The notes under the pieces were generated by a model. That model did not search any database, had not been told where the DNA came from, and saw only the letters and a program-made list of their open reading frames with translations. Below are positions 56,355 through 64,000 of a DNA stretch of 64,000 nucleotides, piece by piece; positions within the stretch are counted from its first letter, which is position 1; every line of letters starts with the position of its first letter. Source of the DNA: a candidate division WOR-3 bacterium (lineage in GTDB: Bacteria > Hydrothermota > Tepidihabitantia > Tepidihabitantales > Tepidihabitantaceae); NCBI GenBank assembly GCA_965648905.1, contig CBFGIT010000010.1:43914-107913 (forward strand), read 5' to 3'. The translations under genes were made by a program, and so were the position numbers.

Positions 56355-57062
56355 TCAGGTTCGGTTCGGAGTGGCCGCGAGCAGGACTTTGTGGAAGTGG
56401 AGGTGGAGAACCGCAGGAGTGAAGCCTGTGGCTCTGAGCATGCGCAGGTATGGCTCCAGCGCGAGCGGGTGCTCGCGGTCTTTTCGTCGAGGGTCGGTGA
56501 AGCTTGAGGACATCTGGCCGTCTCGCGACTGGGTGATGCGCTGGAGCCGATTGAGCACCGCGAGATGAGCTGGTCTCAGGTTCGCAAGGTCGAGTGCGAT
56601 GCGGTCGATGATAAGCAGGAGTCCGCGTCCGCTCAGATGGTCCCGGCAGAATCGGAACAGGCGGCGTTTGGCCGGGTGAGTCAGTTCGTGGACCGCGTCA
56701 ATGAGCAGGATGAAGCGGGAAGAGCGTTCGGGCAGCCGGAGAGATTCAAGATGCGCGAGGTCGTGCACAAGGAAGCGACACTGCCGGGTATGAGCGGCAA
56801 GTCGCTGGCGGGCGAATTCGAGCATCACTTCGGAGCGGTCAACACAGACGAATCGAGCATCAGGCAGATGAGGGAGCAGCAGTCTTTCGGTCTTGCCCGT
56901 GCCACAGCCCAGGTCGAGGATACGGCTGCCGACCTGCCAGTTCTCTTTGACCACGGCGGCGAGGATATCGAGCTGCTCGGCTTTGAGCCTGTTTGCCGGC
57001 CTTCGGTCCCAGTTGCGTACGAATTCGGGGTCAGACCAGCGGCCGGGCTGCTGCTCACTCAT
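56355..57062 (-). CDS. Class I SAM-dependent methyltransferase
   Basis: ILDLGCGTG, VDRSEVML, AVHEL; ATGA overlap with the upstream gene. Confidence 0.88.
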   Translation of the reverse strand: MSEQQPGRWSDPEFVRNWDRRPANRLKAEQLDILAAVVKENWQVGSRILDLGCGTGKTERLLLPHLPDARFVCVDRSEVMLEFARQRLAAHTRQCRFLVHDLAHLESLRLPERSSRFILLIDAVHELTHPAKRRLFRFCRDHLSGRGLLLIIDRIALDLANLRPAHLAVLNRLQRITQSRDGQMSSSFTDPRRKDREHPLALEPYLRMLRATGFTPAVLHLHFHKVLLAATPNRT

Positions 57063-58147
57063 TTGACGCCCATCCACTTAATTGCTTTCTTGAGTGGTTC
57101 CTCGGGGACCGAGTGGCCGCCTTTGAAGTCGGCGACCGTGACTTTGAACCCACGGCGCATGAGGAAGTCACGGCTGGACTTGCCATAGGCGTGTTCGACA
57201 ACCGGGTCATCAATGCCGTGTGACGAGAAGACCGGCAGTCCGCGGGCCGCTTCGTAGTCCGCGGGAGTGAATCGGAGCGTGTCGAATCCGCCGCCGAAAC
57301 AGACGATTCCTTTGAGCGCGCCGCTGTGCTTCAGTCCGACTGCGTAGGCCATGCCGCAGCCTTGTGAGAAGCCGAGCAGCCAGGTTCCGCTGGTTCGGAA
57401 CCGGGTGGCGAGCTGGCGGGCAGCCTCGATGACGTACTCGGTGGAAAGCGCGGAGGAGACCGGGCGGACCGTGGAGTCGTCTTTGCTTGAGGTTACCCAG
57501 GAGTAGCCTGCCTCGCTGCCTGCGGCCATCGGGTAGGGTGCCTGGAGCGAGGCGAAGATGAGTTCAGGGCTGCCCGCGCGTTCGTAGAGCAGGGCGAACT
57601 GCCTTGGGTTGGAGCCGTAGCCGTGCAGGCCGACGAGCAGCGGGTAGGCGCGAGTCGAGTCATAGCCTTCAGGCAATCGGACATAGACCGGAAGCAGGAC
57701 CGGGGTTCTGACCGTGAGAGCCAGGCCGGCTTGGGCTGCCCGGGCACGGGCCTGGGCAGATGCACTTTCCAGGGCCGCGCTGAATACCGGAGTCGAGCGG
57801 ACCGACTCGAAGTCCGGGTCGCGGCCGGCGTGTTCCAGGTCGTCGAAACCAGCCCGGACCGCGCGGGTCAGATAGAGCGCGGCCAGCGTGTCTTTGCCGA
57901 GCAGGCCGTAACAGCAGGCGAGGTTGTAGATGTCGCTGGAATTGGTGATGTCATGGCTGAGCGCTTCAAGGTAGTGCCGGGCAGCGACCGCGTAGTTACC
58001 GGACTGGTAGGCGGAAGTGGCTGCGGCGCGGAGCGAGTCAAGAGCAAGGTCAAGGAAGTCACCGGCTCTCGGGTCGAGTTCGTTCAGGGCAGGCTGGGCT
58101 GACGCGACCGCGACGCCGAGGAGAACCGAAGCGAGAACCAGTTTCAT
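57059..58147 (-). CDS. Exported TPR + alpha/beta-hydrolase (carboxylesterase/phospholipase-like)
   Basis: YNLACCY...DPDF (TPR end); LHGYG, GFSQG, HGIDDPVV, GGHSV catalytic triad. Confidence 0.85.
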   Translation of the reverse strand: MKLVLASVLLGVAVASAQPALNELDPRAGDFLDLALDSLRAAATSAYQSGNYAVAARHYLEALSHDITNSSDIYNLACCYGLLGKDTLAALYLTRAVRAGFDDLEHAGRDPDFESVRSTPVFSAALESASAQARARAAQAGLALTVRTPVLLPVYVRLPEGYDSTRAYPLLVGLHGYGSNPRQFALLYERAGSPELIFASLQAPYPMAAGSEAGYSWVTSSKDDSTVRPVSSALSTEYVIEAARQLATRFRTSGTWLLGFSQGCGMAYAVGLKHSGALKGIVCFGGGFDTLRFTPADYEAARGLPVFSSHGIDDPVVEHAYGKSSRDFLMRRGFKVTVADFKGGHSVPEEPLKKAIKWMGVK

Positions 58148-58156
58148 CTGTGTCCC

Positions 58157-58594
58157 TTACGGCTTGGCTGCCCTCAGTTGCTCGGCGATGGCGTCGAGTT
58201 CCGGTTCGGTAAAGGGCGGCTTCATTCTGACCTGGGCAAAGTGGTGCATGGCCAGGGTCTTGTCGAGCAGGTTCTCTTCGCCTTTGATGGTCGGGACGAT
58301 GAGCATGTGGAGGTGAGGGACCCGCGTGCCCCGGATGAGCATTGTGACGTACTCGCAGTTGAAGGCGTGCTTTGCCTTGCGGGCCATGATGTAGCAGGTT
58401 TTGAGAAACGGGCCGGCCAGGCCCTCTTCTGGTTCCAGGTCGGTAAACCACTGGACGTGTTTCTTGGGTATGACAAGGCAGTGGCCGCGGGAGATAGGGT
58501 AGAGGTCGAGAAAGGCAAGGGTGTGTTCGTCTTCGTAGACTTTTCGGGCCGGGGCTTTGCCGGCAACGATTTGACAGAAGATACATTCAGGCAT
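58157..58594 (-). CDS. HIT-family protein
   Basis: CIFCQIV.G..PA..VYED...AFLD..P...GH.LVIPKKH; VPHLHML. Confidence 0.9.
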   Translation of the reverse strand: MPECIFCQIVAGKAPARKVYEDEHTLAFLDLYPISRGHCLVIPKKHVQWFTDLEPEEGLAGPFLKTCYIMARKAKHAFNCEYVTMLIRGTRVPHLHMLIVPTIKGEENLLDKTLAMHHFAQVRMKPPFTEPELDAIAEQLRAAKP

Positions 58595-58612
58595 TCTTGC
58601 TCCTTGCAGGTT

Positions 58613-59173
58613 CTACCATCGGCTTGGTTTGGTCACAATTTCCCTTATCTGCGTCGCAAAGAACTGGCGCGAGTGGGCCGGCCGGATGACGAGCGCAGTG
58701 TCGGCACCGGTTCCGGTTCCGGCAATGGCGATGATATCTTTGCCGTAGGGGATGAGTCCGGCGTCAAGGGCCATGACCGCGATTTCGACGCCGACTTTGG
58801 TGCCTTCGCCAAAGGTGCGGTAGGTGTTGGCAACCGTCTCGACCGGGCCGAGTCCGGCGAACTTGAGCCGAATCGCCCGCTCAACACCGGCAAACAGGTG
58901 CGTGGTTCTAAGCACCGGGATACCCTGCTCGGCCAGCTTGTTCTCGGTTTCGTCGGAAAGCTCGGACCTGCCGTATTCATGAAAACCGGCATGGTGGGTG
59001 ACGCAGACAACCTCGAAGTGATGGGGCAGCTCTTCGGCCAGCAGCAGGGCGGTGCGACCAGTGGTCGAGGCAACGACCAGATGGCGGATGCCGAGTTCGT
59101 CGGCCCGCTTCACCGCCGCGCGCAGCGTGGCACGCGTCCGAGCTCGGGCGCCTGAAGCAGCTTTCTTCTTCAC
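58613..59173 (-). CDS. Pyruvate kinase alpha/beta (C-terminal-like) domain protein
   Basis: VVASTTGRTA, VTHHAGF, G.KV.VEIAVMA.DAG, AIAGTG.GADTA. Confidence 0.85.
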   Translation of the reverse strand: MKKKAASGARARTRATLRAAVKRADELGIRHLVVASTTGRTALLLAEELPHHFEVVCVTHHAGFHEYGRSELSDETENKLAEQGIPVLRTTHLFAGVERAIRLKFAGLGPVETVANTYRTFGEGTKVGVEIAVMALDAGLIPYGKDIIAIAGTGTGADTALVIRPAHSRQFFATQIREIVTKPSRW

Positions 59174-59231
59174 AACGTGCTTCCTTTCTTGGTTTACAAG
59201 CCACGGAATGATAGTCGTGGCCAGACCCGGG

Positions 59232-59615
59232 TCAAGGCCGCGGCTCGCAGCATTCGCGCTCGAGTCGATACAGCTCGTCGTCCGAGAGCCCGAAGTAGTG
59301 CCCGACTTCGTGGATCACCACCCGGCGCACGAGGTTGCGGATCTGGTCGTCGGTGCGGGCCAGGCGTTCGATCGGCTGCTGGAAGATGAGGATTCGGTCG
59401 GGCAGAACATTGCCGTACCAGGGGCCGCGACTGCTGAAGGGAATCCCGGTGTAGAGCCCGAGCAGGCTCCACGGATTCTTGCCGAGCTTCTCAGCCAGTT
59501 CGGGCGGAGCAAGGGGCAGGACCTCAATTGACATGTTGGCGAACCGGGCGCGGAAATACTCCGGGATCGAGCCGAGCGCCTCATCAACCAGTTCAGCGAA
59601 GCGCTCGACTTCCAC
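59232..59615 (-). CDS. Zincin-like metallopeptidase (Zincin_1)
   Basis: LLGLY.G, PDRI.IF, VVIHEVGHYFGLSD. Confidence 0.9.
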   Translation of the reverse strand: MEVERFAELVDEALGSIPEYFRARFANMSIEVLPLAPPELAEKLGKNPWSLLGLYTGIPFSSRGPWYGNVLPDRILIFQQPIERLARTDDQIRNLVRRVVIHEVGHYFGLSDDELYRLERECCEPRP

Positions 59616-60295
59616 TAGGCGGTTCTCGGGCCGAAGATGGCCGTGCCGATGCGGATGATGGTCGCGCCTTCTTCGATGCCGACCGCAAAGTCTGAAGACA
59701 TGCCCATGGAGAGATGGGGCAGGGGGATGCCGAACCGCTGGCGGGACTCTTCGGCCAGTTGGGCCAGTTGGCGGAAGCAGGGTCGGGATGCCTCCGGGGC
59801 CTCGACTGCCCAGCCCGGGCCAATCGTCATCAACCCTTCAACCCGGAGCGGGGAGAGTCGCAGTATCTGTTCCAGAAGTTCGGGCAGGGACTGAGGAGCG
59901 ACGCCGTGTTTGGTCGGTTCGGCTGAGGTGTTGACTTCGACGAGAACCCGAACCGTGCGACCGGCAGCCCGGCGCGCAAGTTCCTGGGCGAGCCGGAGCG
60001 AATCGACACTCTGGATGACATCGAACAGCTCAAGCGCCTTGCCGGCCTTGTTGGTCTGAAGCGTGCCGACCAGATGCCAGCAGGCCGGCCGGGAGACAAG
60101 TGATTTCTTGGCCAGTGCTTCCTGGACCCGGTTCTCGCCGATGTCGGTGACTCCAGCCGCGATGGCTTCGTCAATCTCAGTTGCGGTGCGAGTTTTCGTG
60201 ACGGCAACGAGGGTCACGTCTTTGCGGCTCCGGCCGGCGCGGTCGCAGGCCGCGGCAATCCGGGCTTGAAGCCGGGCCAGATTATCGGCGATCAC
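59615..60295 (-). CDS. yggS: YggS/PLPBP pyridoxal phosphate homeostasis protein
   Basis: LVAVTK, GENRVQE, WHLVG.LQTNK, SVDS, GLMTI, LSMGMSSD, RIGTAIFG. Confidence 0.95.
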   Translation of the reverse strand: MIADNLARLQARIAAACDRAGRSRKDVTLVAVTKTRTATEIDEAIAAGVTDIGENRVQEALAKKSLVSRPACWHLVGTLQTNKAGKALELFDVIQSVDSLRLAQELARRAAGRTVRVLVEVNTSAEPTKHGVAPQSLPELLEQILRLSPLRVEGLMTIGPGWAVEAPEASRPCFRQLAQLAEESRQRFGIPLPHLSMGMSSDFAVGIEEGATIIRIGTAIFGPRTA

Positions 60296-60298
60296 CGG

Positions 60299-62089
60299 TT
60301 ATCGGCCGATGAAGCGGAATTCGACCCGGCGATTGCGGACTTTGTCTGCTTCGGAGTCACTGACGGCAATCGGCTGGGTGTCGGCATAGCCGTTGGCCGA
60401 GATTCGGTCGTAGGCGATGCCCAGTTGTTCGTTCAGATAGCGGCGGACCGCCTCAGCCCGGGCTTGAGAGAGTTCCCAGTGGGAAGGGTACGGGTCAACA
60501 GTCTGCTCGTGCGGGTCGGTGTGACCGGCGAGTTCGAGCGCGAGGCCGGGGTCGGCGCGCATCATCTCGGCAACCCGGGCAAGTACCGGCCCGAACTCAG
60601 TACCGAACGCGGCCCGGCCGGGCGCAAAGGTGATATCGGTGACGGTGGCGGCTGGTGCTGGTGCGGTTGATGGTCGGGAGCTGGGGGCAGGCGATGCACC
60701 GAGGTAGAACTCGCGGCGCGTGACCCGGCCGGCTTCCGCATTCAGGGTGCAGGTCTGTGCTGCGTAGCCGTGGTCAAGGGGTGATACGGTGAGGACGTAG
60801 GAGCCGGCTGGAATGTTCTTGAGCACAAACGTGCCGGTCTCAGTCCCGGTCAGTACGCTGCCCTGAGTCGGGCCGCGATAGAAGATACTGGCTCGGACCG
60901 GCTGGCGGGTTGCTGCGTCATAGGTCGCTCCGGCCAGGCTGGCGTAGTCGAGCCGACGCAGGGCAAGCACGGCAGTCTGCTCGCGGTCGCCGATGATGTA
61001 CATCGTGTCGAAGCGCGGGGCATAGCCGGCAAGCGCGGTCGTGATGAAGAGCGAGCCACGCACGAGCCGGGTAAGGGTCAGTTCGCCCTGACGGTCAGTG
61101 CGCATGGTTGCGTCTCGGGCACCGCCGAATACCAGGTCGGCCTGAACCGGTTCGAGACTCGCAGCGTCGATGACTCTGACTCTGAGCGTGCCCAGGCCAC
61201 GGCGCACGAATCGGGCCTCAAGTCCGATGCGGTGGGTAATGCCGAGTTTGCCATATGGGGTCAGCGTGTAGTCCAGGGTCAGGCTGCCGATTCGGGCACC
61301 AATGCCTGCGGTCAGACCGGAGAGAAGTCCGAGCGTGGCAACGTCGGCCGGCCCGGTTCGGTACCCGAGTCGAACCGCCAGTTCCGGAACCGGCAGATAC
61401 TCCAGTCCGCAGCGCAGCGAAGGCGAGTTGTCGAGAGGAACTGCCAGTCCGAACGTTGCATTGACGAGCCGGAAAGCCAGGGCACCGCCCAACTCGGCCT
61501 CAGCCGGCAGCAGTCTGAGGTCAGAGTTGTATCCGGTTCCGGCGCCCAGGTTGCGGCAGGCAAGACCAATCCCGAGCCGCGACGATGGCCGGCAGAGAAA
61601 CCCGAGGTCGAGCGCACCGCCATATCCGGCCACCTCGTAGAGGTCTTCGTAGTACCCTTTACCGGCAAAGCCCAAGAAGCATTTGCGGCCCAGCCTGAGT
61701 CCGTAGCCGAGCGCGATAACCGAGTTCCATGTGCTGAACGTGCCGAGCGACTCGTTCGTCGCGCTCCAGCGCTCGATGCCGGGCGTGCCGCTGTAAGCCA
61801 GGCCGATGCCGAATGAGCCGGTCGGGCCGGGCAGGACGCAATGGACAAACTCGTCCCGGGTCTGGGTGAGCCACTCGTGATGGCTGAGCGACAGGTGGTA
61901 GCGGTGCAACTGGCCAAGCCCGGCCGGATTCCAGTACAAGGCGCTGGCATCGTCAGCCAGACCGGCATACGACTCGCCCAGTGCCGTGGCGCGTGTACCC
62001 GGGCCGGTGCGCAGGAAAGGCATCACTGCCGTGCCTGGTTCCTGAATCCCGAACAGTGAAAACAGGGCGGCAAGCAGCAACGTGTTCAT
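60299..62089 (-). CDS. PorV-like barrel + carboxypeptidase-regulatory-like Ig domains + OmpA peptidoglycan-binding domain
   Basis: FLRTGPGTRATALGE...DDASALYWNPAGL; C-terminal GHTD...LSQARAEAV..YL...GYAD.QP...NRRVEF. Confidence 0.85.
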   Translation of the reverse strand: MNTLLLAALFSLFGIQEPGTAVMPFLRTGPGTRATALGESYAGLADDASALYWNPAGLGQLHRYHLSLSHHEWLTQTRDEFVHCVLPGPTGSFGIGLAYSGTPGIERWSATNESLGTFSTWNSVIALGYGLRLGRKCFLGFAGKGYYEDLYEVAGYGGALDLGFLCRPSSRLGIGLACRNLGAGTGYNSDLRLLPAEAELGGALAFRLVNATFGLAVPLDNSPSLRCGLEYLPVPELAVRLGYRTGPADVATLGLLSGLTAGIGARIGSLTLDYTLTPYGKLGITHRIGLEARFVRRGLGTLRVRVIDAASLEPVQADLVFGGARDATMRTDRQGELTLTRLVRGSLFITTALAGYAPRFDTMYIIGDREQTAVLALRRLDYASLAGATYDAATRQPVRASIFYRGPTQGSVLTGTETGTFVLKNIPAGSYVLTVSPLDHGYAAQTCTLNAEAGRVTRREFYLGASPAPSSRPSTAPAPAATVTDITFAPGRAAFGTEFGPVLARVAEMMRADPGLALELAGHTDPHEQTVDPYPSHWELSQARAEAVRRYLNEQLGIAYDRISANGYADTQPIAVSDSEADKVRNRRVEFRFIGR

Positions 62090-63784
62090 CTATTCCTCGC
62101 TTACCACCAGTTGTTTCCGGATCGACTCGGTCCGGCCAGAGTGCCTGAACGTAAGGACGTATTGGTACGTGCCGGGCGCGAGGCGGGTGCCGTGGGTGTT
62201 GTCGCCCGGCCAGTTGACACGATGGACCCCGGCCGACATGGTCGAATCCGGTCTGATTACGCGCCGAACCAGCACGCCGTTCCGGTCATAGACGTCAAGG
62301 CTCGCGCGGCCGTCCTGGGGCAGACTCAGGAAGAAAGTCGTGCCGCGCTGGAGTGGATTCGGAGAGTTGTGCATGTGCAGGCCAGAGCGGAGGCGCAGCC
62401 TGACTGTGGCGCTGTCCCGGCCTGAGCTGTCGCCAGCACCGAAGCCGTGGATGACGAACCGCTGACGCAGGAGTGCATCCGGGCTGCCCTGCAGACTGTT
62501 CGGAGCCTTGAAGCGCAAAGTGAAGTACCGGCGCACCGCCGGAGGGACCAGACCCAGGTCAGGCCAGCCGTCGCCGTTCGTATCGGTCAGTCTTGTTCTA
62601 CCGGCCGAGTCGAGCAGAGTGAAACTCCAGAGGTCGTCCGAGACCGGAGGGATGAGCCCGACGATGTCGCCGAGACCAGACGCGAGCCGGGCATAGAAGC
62701 GCAGGGAAAGGCTCTCGCCCACAGCCACGACCGTGTCGTAGTTCGGTGCAAGAGCGAGCGATTCCGGGCCGATGACCGTCACCTGAGACGTCAGTTTGTC
62801 GTTGTCCGGGTTGACATCAACCGACAGTGCGGTTGAGCACGAGACCGGATGGGTTCCGGGTGTTGCAATCCAGAATGGGAAGCTGATGGTCGCGGACGAC
62901 TCGGGCAAGAGGTCGTAGATATAGGTGGCGTTGCGGAAGTAGGACGAGCCGATGCGGAATCGGACGTCAAAGACCCGCTCGGTCGAGCGACCGTAGTTGC
63001 GCACGACCGCACGGGGAATGACAGTATCACCAGCTCGGAGCTGACCGGCCGGAGCGAGAATCCCGACCGCGGCCAGGTCATGGGCCAGGCTGGTGCGAAC
63101 CCGGAGCGAGTCGCGCAGGGTGTCGTTGGCCCGGTTTTCGTCGCCGGCCAGACCGGTGAAGCAGACAACCGAAATCGTGCCGGTCCGGTTTGCCTGCCAG
63201 TCCGGGAAGAAGACCGTGTCGGCCCGGCCCGGGTCAAGGGTGTCGTAGACGACCCGGGAGTAGTCAGAGCCAAGCTGCAACGTGACCGGGAACTCGGTCC
63301 GGCCCCGGCCGAAGTTCCGGACCTGGACTCTGGGCGTGAAGACCGCGCCGGAGTCAGCTACGCCCTGCGGTGAAATGATACGTTGAACCCCGACGTCAAG
63401 GCTGCGCTGGGTGCGGACAATCACGGTCTTGCGCACGGTGTCGTTGGCCGGATTCTCGTCGCCAGTCAGAGTCGTGTAGCAGATTGCCTGAACCGGACCG
63501 AGCAGCAGCGGGGTCCAGGGGCTAAACCCGACCGTATCGGTCTGGCCGGCAGCAAGCGTGTCCGTAATCAGTATCGCGTACTGGGTGCCGATGCGCATGA
63601 CGACGCTGAATGACGTGTCGATGCTGCCGAAGTTGCCGACCACGGCCGCGGGCACAAGTGCCACACCTGAGTCAACGGTATCGGCTGGCGCGACAATCGA
63701 AACCACGCCGACGTCACGCTCGGCAGCATGAGCAGTGAACGTCAGGAAGAGACCGAACGCGACCGCGAGTCGGGCCGAAATCAC
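62090..63784 (-). CDS. Secreted CARDB/Ig-repeat protein with FlgD-Ig C-terminal domain
   Basis: Three DVGV..I..P...V.NFG...DEN.ANDT repeats; C-terminal PNP...YDRNG.LVR...W.G.N..G..LAPGTY; GTG start 6 nt after TTGACT-N16-TACAAT. Confidence 0.8.
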   Translation of the reverse strand: MISARLAVAFGLFLTFTAHAAERDVGVVSIVAPADTVDSGVALVPAAVVGNFGSIDTSFSVVMRIGTQYAILITDTLAAGQTDTVGFSPWTPLLLGPVQAICYTTLTGDENPANDTVRKTVIVRTQRSLDVGVQRIISPQGVADSGAVFTPRVQVRNFGRGRTEFPVTLQLGSDYSRVVYDTLDPGRADTVFFPDWQANRTGTISVVCFTGLAGDENRANDTLRDSLRVRTSLAHDLAAVGILAPAGQLRAGDTVIPRAVVRNYGRSTERVFDVRFRIGSSYFRNATYIYDLLPESSATISFPFWIATPGTHPVSCSTALSVDVNPDNDKLTSQVTVIGPESLALAPNYDTVVAVGESLSLRFYARLASGLGDIVGLIPPVSDDLWSFTLLDSAGRTRLTDTNGDGWPDLGLVPPAVRRYFTLRFKAPNSLQGSPDALLRQRFVIHGFGAGDSSGRDSATVRLRLRSGLHMHNSPNPLQRGTTFFLSLPQDGRASLDVYDRNGVLVRRVIRPDSTMSAGVHRVNWPGDNTHGTRLAPGTYQYVLTFRHSGRTESIRKQLVVSEE

Positions 63785-63825
63785 AGCCGGATTGTAGGGC
63801 AGCACAGCGACAAGTCAAGCAGGCG

Positions 63826-64000
63826 CGTTGCCTCACGAGAAATCTACTCGAAGCCACCCCGTTGCCTCACATAGGAAATCTACTCGAAACGGAGGCACAA
63901 TATGACCATCTCTAACTCTGAAAGGAGATGGTCCCGTGGCTTTGACGATGCATGAGAAACAAGCAGTGACGAAAGAACTGGCTCGGCGTTATCGCCGGGC
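63826..64000 (+). mobile_element. Left end of an insertion sequence (ISNCY/integrase-core-type) with a tandem terminal motif
   Basis: CGTTGCCTCAC..GAAATCTACTCGAA occurs twice (63826-63852 and 63860-63888), followed by an RBS and a transposase-like start. Confidence 0.7.
63936..64000 (+). CDS. Transposase N-terminus (partial)
   Basis: AAAGGAGA RBS; GTG start reads MALTMHEKQAVTKELARRYRR, resembling the N-termini of integrase-core transposases. Confidence 0.7.
   Translation, partial: MALTMHEKQAVTKELARRYRR

Overview
This is a GC-rich bacterial window. It encodes many secreted proteins with T9SS-like or FlgD-Ig C-terminal domains and two PorV-like proteins, which suggests an FCB-superphylum organism, possibly candidate division WOR-3 (inference). 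Region 1-29.3 kb holds housekeeping and envelope genes: an Rrf2-ferredoxin-hcp operon, an Fpg-like protein, an ABC exporter, a radical SAM enzyme, Hsp20, ispF, an M42 peptidase and birA-coaX-tsaB. It also holds a beta-propeller gene split by one in-frame TGA that is followed by a SECIS-like hairpin, making it a selenoprotein candidate. Region 29.4-32.4 kb is the best candidate for a new system: two paralogous small proteins resembling the SIRV2-type (Adnaviria) A-form-DNA-coating capsid protein, an ECF sigma factor and an HPr-like protein lacking both phospho-acceptor residues. The same 38-bp bipartite motif lies upstream of both of its transcription units. Region 32.7-51 kb is a defence island: SNF2 helicase, a Gabija-like OLD/UvrD pair, a toxin-antitoxin pair plus four-helix-bundle gene lying between duplicated mod 5' ends, type III R-M, a PHP-SMC ATPase with a small partner, and SatD. 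Region 51-56 kb has a PAS histidine kinase, a receiver-aspartic protease fusion and an SIS protein. Region 56-64 kb has housekeeping and envelope genes and the left end of an IS. All family calls come from reading motifs by eye; no database searches were run.
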